Source: a virus. From it: DNA of 64,000 bases. The stretch spans positions 23,646 to 87,645 of IMG/VR virus record IMGVR_UViG_3300045988_117192; one strand, 5' to 3'. This document shows, piece after piece, positions 47,365-57,269 of the stretch. A program made the position numbers and the translations under genes. Below the pieces are notes generated by a model. It saw only the letters and a program-made list of their open reading frames with translations, was not told the DNA's origin and made no database searches. The stretch's first letter is position 1; every line of letters begins with the position of its first letter.

Positions 47365-47880
47365 TTATTTTACAGGTTTAATATTAAAACTAAGAGTATT
47401 AAGTTTAGCAACTTTAGCTACTAATTTTCTTTCAGCTGCTGATTGCTTAGGAACTTTTTCTTTAGTTGTAGTATTTTTCTTTCTAGTATGTTTAGGTTTA
47501 TCTTCTGTTATATCATCATTTTTTGTTTTAGTTTTACTTTTAGCTACTTTTTGTTTATAAATAATAGGAGGATTTTGTTTTTCATATTCAAGATTATTTT
47601 GATGAATAGTCAAAAGTTTAATAAAATATTCATCACGCTTATATTCTTCAACATAATTTTGAATAAGATAAACAGTTTCACTAATATTCATCTTATAAGA
47701 ATGATCTATAGTTTGTATAGCTCTCATTCCATTAGGATAAATATTAGTACAATTCAATCTACGAAATTGATAATCTAAATAACAATCAAGTCCAACACTT
47801 TTAATTTCACTATCTACAAAGCTATTAATAAAAGTATTGGACTTATCTATATAATTATTTAGAGGACTTATATCAACCAT
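47365..47880 (-). CDS. hypothetical protein with Lys-rich C-terminus (171 aa)
   Basis: ORF; C-terminal basic tail KSKTKTKNDDITEDKPKHTRKKNTTTKEK. Confidence 0.45.
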   Translation of the reverse strand: MVDISPLNNYIDKSNTFINSFVDSEIKSVGLDCYLDYQFRRLNCTNIYPNGMRAIQTIDHSYKMNISETVYLIQNYVEEYKRDEYFIKLLTIHQNNLEYEKQNPPIIYKQKVAKSKTKTKNDDITEDKPKHTRKKNTTTKEKVPKQSAAERKLVAKVAKLNTLSFNIKPVK

Positions 47881-47882
47881 AA

Positions 47883-48353
47883 TTATAGGTTTGTTCTAAA
47901 TAATACAATTCTTTTTGGTTTTTTCAAGCAACCATGAGCATATTGACAAAGTCTTGCAGGTTGCCATGTATGAGTATAACGATATTGTTTTATAGGAGAA
48001 TGACATTCATGATTCTTATAATCATAATCAGAACAAATACAAGCTCCTGTAAAACCATTAAGATGTTCTAAGAACTTGAAAGTATTAATTTCAGCTAAAT
48101 CATTACTTCCATCACTAAAATCAACTTCACCATAACAATAAAGTTTTGTAGCTTGAACAGTAAAAGTACGATTACCTCTATCAATTTTAATATTTTTACC
48201 TTCATCAAGTAAATCTTCTTCTTCTTTAGAAATACTTGTCATAACAACTACTTCTTTACAAAAACGATTAGTTTTATTAAAATCAACAATATGGTAATCC
48301 TTGGAAAAAGGCATCGGTATCGTATAAAGTTTCTTTGTATCTAATTTCGACAT
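47883..48353 (-). CDS. hypothetical protein (156 aa)
   Basis: ORF; overlaps upstream gene by 70 nt so actual start may be internal. Confidence 0.4.
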   Translation of the reverse strand: MSKLDTKKLYTIPMPFSKDYHIVDFNKTNRFCKEVVVMTSISKEEEDLLDEGKNIKIDRGNRTFTVQATKLYCYGEVDFSDGSNDLAEINTFKFLEHLNGFTGACICSDYDYKNHECHSPIKQYRYTHTWQPARLCQYAHGCLKKPKRIVLFRTNL

Positions 48354-49500
48354 ATCTTATAGTTTCATTTATAAAATTATCAATTTGTTTATTATTAAAT
48401 TTTTCATGTAAATCAGCAAAATCTTTACATTCGTAATTAGGAAGTCCAAATTCACCACGAGTAATAAAAATATAAGGTATATTATAAGTGTCTTTTAAAT
48501 ATTTAGCACCAGTTCTACCAGTAGAATCAAAATCTAAAAGACTTATAATCATACCATCTTCTGCAAGCTTACTAGAAAGCCAATCATATTCTTTTTCTTT
48601 AAGTTTATAATTTTCACTTGGTAAATTCACAACTCCAACATTAAGTTTAGTTCTAGCTCCCCCGTAGAAGAGTGTATTGGATAAATGATTACCTATGCTA
48701 AGTCTATCTTTACTACTTTTAGTTATAAGTATATAATCATAATTATCAAGTTCTAAATTAGGAAGTCCTTCAAGAACATTACAATTAGTTACAAATTTAA
48801 GTTCAGTACTTCTATTACGAAGAGGAAAATATAATTTTATAAAATAAATACCTTTACGATTTTGTCCTAACATATAAGCATAACATGGGTCTTTAGCTTT
48901 ATAATAATATTTAGGGTCACTATTAACACCACGATCTATATAATACTGATCTACAGGTAAAACAAAATGAGTATTAAGATAACTAAGAGAAATATTCCAT
49001 TTACTCCAAATCTTCTTGTCATCTTTGTTCCAACTACGAGGTACAATTTCAATAATAGGTCTTCTTTGTTTACCTACTTCTATTGCATCTCTAATCATAT
49101 CAGTAACATTTTCATCAACTTCTTTTCCATCAATAATATCAGAAAATGTATAAGCTATATGTTTAAGAACATAATAGAAATCTTGTTTATTATTAGTTTC
49201 AATTTTTCTATTACATATCAAAGATAAGACATAAGCAACTACACCATAAACATCTTCAAAAAATCCAAATCCTCCGAAGTCACGAACTTTAAGTCTGCCT
49301 TTAGCATTATATTGAATACCCATACTTTTATTAGTGTCATTATCTCTAAATACAGATTCTATAAGATGATTATTCTTAATACAATCTTGTACAACTTCCA
49401 TAGGAATATCAAGATATTTACTAACAATAAGTTCTTGTGAAACTTTAGATTCAATATAATCCTTAGTAAGATTTGTAGTATTAGGATTACGCCTCATCAT
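48283..49500 (-). CDS. Toprim-domain protein, DnaG-type primase-like
   Basis: ISLLDFDSTGRTGAKYL matches the Toprim DxDxxG segment of DnaG-like primases; located in the replication module; carries an antisense GC-rich motif copy at 48657-48667. Confidence 0.4.
   Translation of the reverse strand: MMRRNPNTTNLTKDYIESKVSQELIVSKYLDIPMEVVQDCIKNNHLIESVFRDNDTNKSMGIQYNAKGRLKVRDFGGFGFFEDVYGVVAYVLSLICNRKIETNNKQDFYYVLKHIAYTFSDIIDGKEVDENVTDMIRDAIEVGKQRRPIIEIVPRSWNKDDKKIWSKWNISLSYLNTHFVLPVDQYYIDRGVNSDPKYYYKAKDPCYAYMLGQNRKGIYFIKLYFPLRNRSTELKFVTNCNVLEGLPNLELDNYDYILITKSSKDRLSIGNHLSNTLFYGGARTKLNVGVVNLPSENYKLKEKEYDWLSSKLAEDGMIISLLDFDSTGRTGAKYLKDTYNIPYIFITRGEFGLPNYECKDFADLHEKFNNKQIDNFINETIRYVEIRYKETLYDTDAFFQGLPYC
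48655..48673 (+). repeat. GC-rich dispersed motif copy (long form ...GTAGAAGAGTGT) inside minus-strand primase-like ORF (antisense)
   Basis: core 48657-48667; coding strand encodes LFYGGART. Confidence 0.8.
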
Positions 49501-49589
49501 TAAATGTCTTAGATGATTAAAAAAAGGAGCAGTACTGCTAAAAGCAATACCACTCCTAAAACATTAAACCATTAACTGAAAAAGAACTA

Positions 49590-50522
49590 TTAGAATGGCA
49601 TTTCCTCTCCTGCTGCTTGGAATGCACCATTATCAACAGGCATATTCATGCTAGGAGCACCAGCCATTACGCCTCCCATAGCAGGAGCACCCATACCAGG
49701 AGCACCAATTGTAGGAGTTTTCTTAGTTTCTTTTGGAGTAATAGATTCTTTAGCAAGATCTAGTCGAAGAACAGTAGGAGGACAATCCTTCTTTAGAAGT
49801 TCAACTACACCATTACCAATAAAGCCATCGAATGCTAAATCTCCATTAGCACCAACATTAATCCAATCACCCTTACGTTTCTTATGACGAAGAAGTTTCA
49901 ACCAACAAGGAATAAATTTACCATCAGAAGTCTTATAAACTGGTTTAGCAATTTCTCCGTCAGCAAGTTCAAAGCTACCATTAAGCATAGCAGCAGCATT
50001 TTCGAAGATAGCACGATAACCATTAATTACATCTTCAACTTCAACAGAAACATATTCTCCATTTTCGTCAAAATCCTCAAAAGTCAAGCTCAAAGCATCT
50101 TCTTCAGTTTCAGTCATTTCACGACCTTTAAGATAGAATACATCAAGAATATGCTTAATCCAATTAAACACATTATTGACTCTCCAATCTTCACTTCCAC
50201 CGGGAATAGTATTAACATTACTTTCAACAGGGAATAAAGTCTGATAAACATGACGCTTCTCAGAAGAATTAGCATGATTGGAAGCAAAATGGAAAGTAAG
50301 ACGAGGAATAGACATACCTGTAAAAGACTTAGCGTCTGCATTGTTAGACCAATCAACTCGTACTTCTTCAAGATGACCTACAAATAAGCCATTTTGTGCT
50401 GCATCTTTTTCATGAAATTTAAGTTGAGCAACAGCTTGAGTTTTGTTACTAACACCTCTTCTAACCTTCTTTGCAACAGTTTGCGCATTTACTGTTGCAG
50501 CATTTGTTTTAATGTCTGACAT
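49590..50522 (-). CDS. SSB-like protein with Gly/Ala/Met/Pro-rich linker and acidic C-terminal tip (-EEMPF)
   Basis: C-terminus APGMGAPAMGGVMAGAPSMNMPVDNGAFQAAGEEMPF resembles the flexible linker plus acidic tip (DDDIPF-like) of bacterial and phage SSBs; gene is clearly more GC-rich than its surroundings. Confidence 0.4.
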   Translation of the reverse strand: MSDIKTNAATVNAQTVAKKVRRGVSNKTQAVAQLKFHEKDAAQNGLFVGHLEEVRVDWSNNADAKSFTGMSIPRLTFHFASNHANSSEKRHVYQTLFPVESNVNTIPGGSEDWRVNNVFNWIKHILDVFYLKGREMTETEEDALSLTFEDFDENGEYVSVEVEDVINGYRAIFENAAAMLNGSFELADGEIAKPVYKTSDGKFIPCWLKLLRHKKRKGDWINVGANGDLAFDGFIGNGVVELLKKDCPPTVLRLDLAKESITPKETKKTPTIGAPGMGAPAMGGVMAGAPSMNMPVDNGAFQAAGEEMPF

Positions 50523-50626
50523 AATAACTTAATTAAGTTTTTTAAAATAAATAGAGATAAAAAATGGCGGATAACCGATTAAAGGCTATCCGCCACCACT
50601 ATGTTTAACTTTAGGACAAGCTATGA

Positions 50627-51424
50627 TTAAGCTTCCTTCTTAGATACACGAGCAATCGGTTCTACATCCTCAGCAAATTCAATAGGATAAATAGTAACCT
50701 TAACATTCTCGTGACCATTGTTATAATCTACTTCTTGAGCATCATCAAGAAGAACGTTAAAGATACGATTCTTCTTATTAGCATCATCACCAAGGTCAGC
50801 CTTCAAAGTATTCCAAATAGCAGTATCTGAGAAGTTCAACTGAAGACCTACACCTGTAGCACTTGAAGTAGACGCAGTCTTAGAACCTGAACAAGCATGG
50901 AACTTAGGAGATTCTACCATATCAATAGTAAGCTTATCAGCAAGTTCCTCATCAGACATTTCACCAAACTCAGAAACAAGAGCATCACGATTAGCTTCTA
51001 CAAGTTCCATCTTGTGAGCTTCAAGATACTTAGCCTTATCTTCCTTAGTAAAACGCTCTGAAGCCATTACAGGAGTACCATTAGACTTATACTGAGGAAC
51101 ACCCTTAGCAATAAACCATTGAGTAAATGCTGCAAGAAGAGCATCTTGACCTTCACGAGTATCAATGTCGATACCATTCTCTTCTGCATAAGAAACTACA
51201 TCATCAACACGAGCTTGAATAGCAGCTTCAACACCAGGAATATTATTCAAGAACATAATATTCTCACCAACTGCAACATTCATTGCCTTAGATACTGGAC
51301 TAGTAACGCAGAACTTACCTACTGTAGAATTAACTGTAAGCTGAGGAACAGCATTAACTGTAGCTGACTTTTGACCTGCAACGATAGCACTAACACCAAA
51401 CTGAATTTTGTTACCTAACTTCAT
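50627..51424 (-). CDS. hypothetical protein (265 aa), GC-rich gene
   Basis: ORF with noticeably higher GC and different codon usage than neighbours; acidic; no motif recognised. Confidence 0.5.
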   Translation of the reverse strand: MKLGNKIQFGVSAIVAGQKSATVNAVPQLTVNSTVGKFCVTSPVSKAMNVAVGENIMFLNNIPGVEAAIQARVDDVVSYAEENGIDIDTREGQDALLAAFTQWFIAKGVPQYKSNGTPVMASERFTKEDKAKYLEAHKMELVEANRDALVSEFGEMSDEELADKLTIDMVESPKFHACSGSKTASTSSATGVGLQLNFSDTAIWNTLKADLGDDANKKNRIFNVLLDDAQEVDYNNGHENVKVTIYPIEFAEDVEPIARVSKKEA

Positions 51425-51537
51425 AGTTGTAAAGTTTTAATAGGATTAATAAAAATAATAATAATTAAAATAATACGATGAATAACATCAATTTTAAAAG
51501 AAAGTTTATTGAAATTCTTAATATATGTAGTTCTTAG

Positions 51538-52476
51538 TTAATCATGGATTTCTTCATAACTTGCGTCCATAATATCACTATCTTCTATATCTACATTATT
51601 AACAATTTTCAATTCTGTAGTTTCTTGACAACCCATAATAGCATCTGGAGCTATATCACGAGCACCAAGAGTAAAAGCACGATGACCTATAAGAACTCTA
51701 GGATATTTTTTATAAGTATCTTTATCAAATAAACCAGCAGCTTGAGCTTCTGTATAAGAATAATGACTAGTACAAACGATTTCATGTTCTTTACCATTAA
51801 TCATTTTATATCTAGTAAACTTATATTCAGTAACATAATCTACTGGTTGAGCATTAACTCGAATAACTGGAAATTTACCCTCTTTAGCTACGTTAAGAGC
51901 TTGTACTTTATTAATACATTTAACGCATTTATCACTAACTTGAAATTCATTATAAACATTACCTTTCAAATCAGCATACCATTTAACAGGATAAACACCT
52001 ACAACATCATCTGTTGTTTTTTCCTCAGCTTCTTTAGGAGTACGACATTTAACAACATATTGAGGAAGTTGTGTTTCTAAATAAATCGTATTACCATCAG
52101 TATATTGATACTGAGGAGTATAATCTTTAGTGCATTCCCAAACTACTCCTGCCCTTGATAATAACGACTTAATAATATGAACATCAATACCAGTTTTACC
52201 ATTAATTACATGGATATGTTCAATACAAGTTGAAAAAGGAAGTTGAAGATCTTGAGCACGTGTTAAAATAGCAAGACCATCAGCAACACTTTTAATACCA
52301 CCTTTTTCACTTGTCATAAACTTCTTTAGAAATACTTCAGCACTTGCAAGCTGTTTTTCATCAAGAAGATTAAGAACACGTAAACTAGTAGATGAGTCAT
52401 CATGTCTTGTAACCAATGCACGATTACTACTACTATTAATTTGTTCTTTTTGCTTGTCCATTTTTTCAAAGAGCAT
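51538..52476 (-). CDS. RecT-like single-strand annealing protein candidate (312 aa)
   Basis: segment GLAILTRAQDLQLPFSTCIEHIHVINGKTGIDVHIIKSLLSRAG resembles the conserved RecT-family core; acidic C-terminal tail; adjacent to the SSB-like gene. Confidence 0.35.
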   Translation of the reverse strand: MLFEKMDKQKEQINSSSNRALVTRHDDSSTSLRVLNLLDEKQLASAEVFLKKFMTSEKGGIKSVADGLAILTRAQDLQLPFSTCIEHIHVINGKTGIDVHIIKSLLSRAGVVWECTKDYTPQYQYTDGNTIYLETQLPQYVVKCRTPKEAEEKTTDDVVGVYPVKWYADLKGNVYNEFQVSDKCVKCINKVQALNVAKEGKFPVIRVNAQPVDYVTEYKFTRYKMINGKEHEIVCTSHYSYTEAQAAGLFDKDTYKKYPRVLIGHRAFTLGARDIAPDAIMGCQETTELKIVNNVDIEDSDIMDASYEEIHD

Positions 52477-52513
52477 TTGTTTTATTCAACACTGCAAATA
52501 TACGAATTTTCTT

Positions 52514-53941
52514 TTAATCAACAACAATAAAATCAGAATTATCTTGTTCTATAATAACTTTTTCTTCATCATTTAACACTTTATGATTAGAAGAAAGCAT
52601 TTGACTATCTAATAACTTTTCTTCTGTTGAATTTTTACAATATATGTTATATAAATGTATGGTATTATCGTTAAACCTCAAATTATCCAAGCGATAAATA
52701 TAAGATTTTATTTCTTCACATTGAGGAGAAGTAATAATAATAATATCTACATTAACACATAAAGATTTATCTGGACTATTAGAAGTACTAAGCACCCTAA
52801 TATTGCCTTTATTAAAAGCAGCTTCATTAAATGTACGTTGTGCTTTATCAGCCATCATTTTACGTTCACCTTTATGTTTACCACTTTTATAATATAAAGG
52901 ATTTCCATTAATATCAACAGCAGGAATTGGAGATACTTTATCATGATAATTTCCACAAATAATAGTTTCAGATAAATTATTAATATAATCTGTAACTTTA
53001 CTTGCAAAATCAGCACGTTTATTTATTATAAGTATCTTCTTATTAGGATTATCATGAACAATATTATAAATAATATCTAGTTTACCATTATAGTCAGAAA
53101 GAAGATTACTTCTTTTACGAATTATTTCATAAGTATCAGAAGCTCTATCTTTTAATTTACCAGGATTATAAAGTTCATCTATTTGAACATTAAATTCCAT
53201 AGACATATCAAGATGTTCATTCCAACCATTTTCTTGAGCTATTTGAGAACAAATCTGAGCAGAACTTATATTAAAATCTTTATTACCTATTCTAGCTTGA
53301 TTCATAATTTCAAAACTACCAAATATAGCCATACTAGTAGAAACATACTCATTATAGTATTTTAGAAGTTTACCTTCTTCACTATCTTCAGGTATATTAA
53401 CACCCAAATGAATATCTTCTACGGGGGAGCTTATACGGATAGCATTTACTTCATTTTGTTTAAAATCATCTAAAATAGGACAAAGTTTATATAATAAAGC
53501 ACTATCTTCATTATTAGTTAAAAGCTTATTCATTATTACTAATTTAAACTTACTAAATTCTAATAATGTTTTAGTTGTACTATTAATAATAGTAGGATGA
53601 TAAATAATACATAAATGAGGTATTACTACATGCAAATTTTTAGATATAAAATCATTAGTAAGTACTTTAATAAATCCCTCTTTTATAAGTTTTTTAAACT
53701 CATTATTATTCTCATCTTCTCCTTTTTGATTTGTTAAAAACTCAATTATATTAGTTCGTTCATCAAAAGAGTTTACACAAATTGTTATTTTCGCCGTAGG
53801 GTTTTTATTACACACGCGCTGAAGAATACCTAAGACCATAATTTTATCGTTCAATGGTGACAAAATAAGAGCCGTTCCGACTCCTTTATTGTCTTTCCAA
53901 TGGTTTATAGCATCTTCAAAAAGTTCACCAAAAGTTTTCAT
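52514..53941 (-). CDS. hypothetical protein with possible helicase-like two-domain architecture but no Walker A (475 aa)
   Basis: alternating hydrophobic beta-strand/helix pattern and a C-terminal region resembling helicase motifs IV-V (NIRVLSTSNSPDKSLCVNVDIIIITSP) but no GxGKT; contains a sense-oriented GC-rich motif copy. Confidence 0.4.
   Translation of the reverse strand: MKTFGELFEDAINHWKDNKGVGTALILSPLNDKIMVLGILQRVCNKNPTAKITICVNSFDERTNIIEFLTNQKGEDENNNEFKKLIKEGFIKVLTNDFISKNLHVVIPHLCIIYHPTIINSTTKTLLEFSKFKLVIMNKLLTNNEDSALLYKLCPILDDFKQNEVNAIRISSPVEDIHLGVNIPEDSEEGKLLKYYNEYVSTSMAIFGSFEIMNQARIGNKDFNISSAQICSQIAQENGWNEHLDMSMEFNVQIDELYNPGKLKDRASDTYEIIRKRSNLLSDYNGKLDIIYNIVHDNPNKKILIINKRADFASKVTDYINNLSETIICGNYHDKVSPIPAVDINGNPLYYKSGKHKGERKMMADKAQRTFNEAAFNKGNIRVLSTSNSPDKSLCVNVDIIIITSPQCEEIKSYIYRLDNLRFNDNTIHLYNIYCKNSTEEKLLDSQMLSSNHKVLNDEEKVIIEQDNSDFIVVD
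53414..53431 (-). repeat. GC-rich dispersed motif copy, reverse orientation, inside minus-strand ORF 52514-53941 (sense)
   Basis: core 53419-53429; coding strand encodes ISSPVED. Confidence 0.8.
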
Positions 53942-56268
53942 AATACATCATTATCTAAATCAAAATCATCAAATAAAGAATTATATTGTCTAGCACGAGC
54001 TTTAATTAAAGCCTTACCACTCTTAGTACCAAGTTTTTTATCTGATTTAAGATTAGGACTAATACCAAGTTTAATAGGGTCTATAATTTTATAACACTCT
54101 TCATAATAATAACCATAATCTATATTCCTTTCTTCTATAGGTTTATCATCTAAAGAATTAAGAATTACAACAGGTTTACCACTAGCTAAATTATTTCGTT
54201 TTTTAGTAACTTTATGTTGTTTTTGAATTATAACACCTTTAGTAGATACATAAAATCTAACATGACGTTGAGAAGTAATAGTTTTAATTTTATGATTTTC
54301 AACTATACTATAAACAACATCAAATTGTTTACCTACATTTTGTGTTTTACAAAAATCAAGAATATCTGTATGTTTACGTAAAGTTTCAGATATTGGAATA
54401 TTATTTGTAAAATATTCAAAAACAGCTTTAGCAACTATAGGTTCATCATATCCTTTTTTTAATTCTTTAAGATATTGTTTAGGATCAAATGCACCTTTAA
54501 ATTCAATATCACCATTAGTTTGAATATCAAAATAATTATTAATATCTCTACTTACAATAACTTTATATTTTTCATAATCAGCACCCATTTTATTATGTTC
54601 ATTCCATTCATCAGTAATTCTTTTATAAACATCAAATTTATCTTTTGGTAATTTGATTACAATACCATCAGTATTTGCTGATATAACATGAATACCTTCA
54701 AGTTCAAGAGCTTCTACAAGAGTCATTGTCATTAATTGACCATTAATAGTTACTTGCATTTGAGCAAATCTATCATAAAGAAAGAAAAGCTCAGAACCAA
54801 GTTTACCATAAATACTATTAATAACAATCTTTAATGCTTCAGCTCCTATTTTATTAGGAACTCCTTTAATAATATGTGCATCTGAATCTTTAGTATGTTT
54901 ACATTTAACACGCGTATCTTTTAGAAAAGTCAACATCTTAATAAAAGCATTTTTATTAAGATGTTTTGGTGAAATACCATAACTAATCATAATACTAGGA
55001 TAATAACTAGTATAATCGTGATGTATATATTCATACTTATCATCAGATTCACATACTCTAGGTGGGTCTTGACTATGAATACCACCAGTTGCTATAGTAT
55101 AAGTAGTACCATAAAAATTAATAGTACGTTCAAATTCATCTTTAGTAGTACGATATATAGATACTTTCTTAATATCATCAAGAAAATCTTGAAGCTGTTT
55201 AGTTTTAAATCTAATATGAGGAAATATAATCTTATTGAAACTAAGTTTATGTCTTTCAGTACGACCTTTAATAAATTGATCTTTTCTAAGACCACTCATA
55301 TCAGAATAAAACTTAATAGTAAGTTTATCTGCGATATTAGCTCTAGCACTACATAATACATTTACACCAAAAGCTGCTGTAATACTATATCTGAGTTTAA
55401 CTTCATCAGGTTTTTGTCTAACAATTTCACAACATAAAAATACATCATTCTTATTATAATAAAGCATAGGCTTTATATATTTAGGAAGAACATATCTATC
55501 AAAATCATTAGTAATTAACTGATTAAGTTCGTCTAAACTTAAATTTTTATAATTATGTTTTTTACGCCAATAAATATTAGCTTCTTCTTCATCAATAGGA
55601 GGAAGAGTAAAATCTAAAAGTTCATGCCATTTAAGATTAATAGAAGTTTGTTTAAGAGATTTACCAAATTTAGTACGTTCACCAGTATCTTTATTAGTAT
55701 TAACACCAGCTGAATGAAGTCCATAAACTCGTTGTAAATCAACAGTACAATAAGGTAATCTATAGGATCTAAGAAGATCTATATCTTTATCATTAAAGAA
55801 AGCATCTTTATCATTTTGTAAACTAATAATTTTCTTACTAAGTTCATAAAGATATTTAATAAGTTCTTTAGTAGTATCAAAACGATTAAAGTGCATAAGA
55901 AATCCTTTAATCATATAATCATCATAACCTTGATTGTTAAAACCAAATAAATCAGTTCTAACAGCTTCTTGTGTTACATTACCATCTGAAGTAGTTATAG
56001 TATTATATCTAGCTTCCATTCGATTAATATAACTTACAAGTTCAAGTAATTGACTATCATCAGTATCTGAAATATAAAATATATCAGATTTAACTTGATC
56101 TAAACGAGCTTTTATTTCAGCAACACTTAAACATTCTGTTAAAGCTTTAGGTCTACCTTTAGAATCAACACAATCTTTAAATTTAAATAAATAATCTTTT
56201 AAATCTATAAAAGTAATACTAAATAGATTAGGAAAGATTTCTACATCATAACCTTTAGAAATAATCAT
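53938..56268 (-). CDS. family B DNA polymerase
   Basis: Exo I DVEIF; motif A DYTSYYPSIM (DxxSLYPS); motif B KIVINSIYGKLG (KxxxNSxYG); motif C ANTDGI (DTD-like). Confidence 0.85.
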   Translation of the reverse strand: MIISKGYDVEIFPNLFSITFIDLKDYLFKFKDCVDSKGRPKALTECLSVAEIKARLDQVKSDIFYISDTDDSQLLELVSYINRMEARYNTITTSDGNVTQEAVRTDLFGFNNQGYDDYMIKGFLMHFNRFDTTKELIKYLYELSKKIISLQNDKDAFFNDKDIDLLRSYRLPYCTVDLQRVYGLHSAGVNTNKDTGERTKFGKSLKQTSINLKWHELLDFTLPPIDEEEANIYWRKKHNYKNLSLDELNQLITNDFDRYVLPKYIKPMLYYNKNDVFLCCEIVRQKPDEVKLRYSITAAFGVNVLCSARANIADKLTIKFYSDMSGLRKDQFIKGRTERHKLSFNKIIFPHIRFKTKQLQDFLDDIKKVSIYRTTKDEFERTINFYGTTYTIATGGIHSQDPPRVCESDDKYEYIHHDYTSYYPSIMISYGISPKHLNKNAFIKMLTFLKDTRVKCKHTKDSDAHIIKGVPNKIGAEALKIVINSIYGKLGSELFFLYDRFAQMQVTINGQLMTMTLVEALELEGIHVISANTDGIVIKLPKDKFDVYKRITDEWNEHNKMGADYEKYKVIVSRDINNYFDIQTNGDIEFKGAFDPKQYLKELKKGYDEPIVAKAVFEYFTNNIPISETLRKHTDILDFCKTQNVGKQFDVVYSIVENHKIKTITSQRHVRFYVSTKGVIIQKQHKVTKKRNNLASGKPVVILNSLDDKPIEERNIDYGYYYEECYKIIDPIKLGISPNLKSDKKLGTKSGKALIKARARQYNSLFDDFDLDNDVL

Positions 56269-56451
56269 AGTATTCTACATATCATGATAAAATTTAATTT
56301 CATCGTCATTATAACCATGATCAGCACCAATTACATAATGTTGATTATTATACATTCTCTGATAAATATCAGGAAACCATTCTCCTGTTCTTCTAGATTT
56401 AACAAGAACTTTAGTATAAGGTTGAAATTTATTATATTTTGCTTCCATAAT

Positions 56452-57000
56452 TTAAATATTAAGAATTTTATAATTAGTAAAATCATTATTTTTAATACTA
56501 TTATACCATCTAATAAGATTATTTTTAAATATTTCATACTTATCAGAATCAGTATAATTTATAAGAGGTGAATAATTAACCCAATATCGTCTATTATTTA
56601 CAGATATAAAAATAGTATCAAAATAATCACTTATATTACAATTTAGAAATCTTCTACCAGCACTTCCAAGTAACATAATGTTTTTAAATTGATACTTTTT
56701 CATATCTTCAATAAGATAACCAATACATTTAAGATAACTATCTTCATTTAGTTCACAAGAAATATATTCATTACATCTAATTAAAGGAAGAACATATAAG
56801 TCATCTAGCTCCCCCGTAGAAGATATGAGTGATTTTATAATTTCAACTTGTTTACTAAATTTCATACCTCCTTTTTTATAAGCATTATAATCTACATTAG
56901 GAACAATAATACAATTACCGAAATAAGGATTACCAATTCCTTGTAAATTATAATGCTTATTATTAAAAAGACGTATTACACAATCTTCGCAATAGTTCAT
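56452..57000 (-). CDS. uracil-DNA glycosylase-like protein (family 4-like, divergent)
   Basis: N-terminal CEDC plus further Cys (Fe-S cluster-like spacing), VNYSPLIN resembling the HPSPLN motif B; motif A GE(A/G)PG not recognisable. Confidence 0.35.
   Translation of the reverse strand: MNYCEDCVIRLFNNKHYNLQGIGNPYFGNCIIVPNVDYNAYKKGGMKFSKQVEIIKSLISSTGELDDLYVLPLIRCNEYISCELNEDSYLKCIGYLIEDMKKYQFKNIMLLGSAGRRFLNCNISDYFDTIFISVNNRRYWVNYSPLINYTDSDKYEIFKNNLIRWYNSIKNNDFTNYKILNI
56807..56824 (+). repeat. GC-rich dispersed motif copy inside minus-strand UDG-like ORF (antisense)
   Basis: core 56809-56819; coding strand encodes SSTGELD. Confidence 0.8.
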
Positions 57001-57269
57001 TAAATAACTATATCTTTAGTAATAGTTTTAGTCAACTTACCTCTATAACCTCTAGCTCTAAGTTCTAGAATTAATTCTCTAGAAGTTATATCTTTGAATT
57101 TATCATTTTCAGAAATATTATTTTCTTGACATGATTTACAAATCCAACGATAACTAGTTTTTGTATAATGATTAAATTCAGTTATAGGAAGTTCTTTACC
57201 ACAACATTTACAAATACGAAGTGGAGTAGCTGTTACTATATTAACATTATCAATATTATTAGCATCCAT
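57000..57269 (-). CDS. small zinc-ribbon protein (89 aa)
   Basis: CKCC ... CKSC pair of CxxC motifs. Confidence 0.45.
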   Translation of the reverse strand: MDANNIDNVNIVTATPLRICKCCGKELPITEFNHYTKTSYRWICKSCQENNISENDKFKDITSRELILELRARGYRGKLTKTITKDIVI

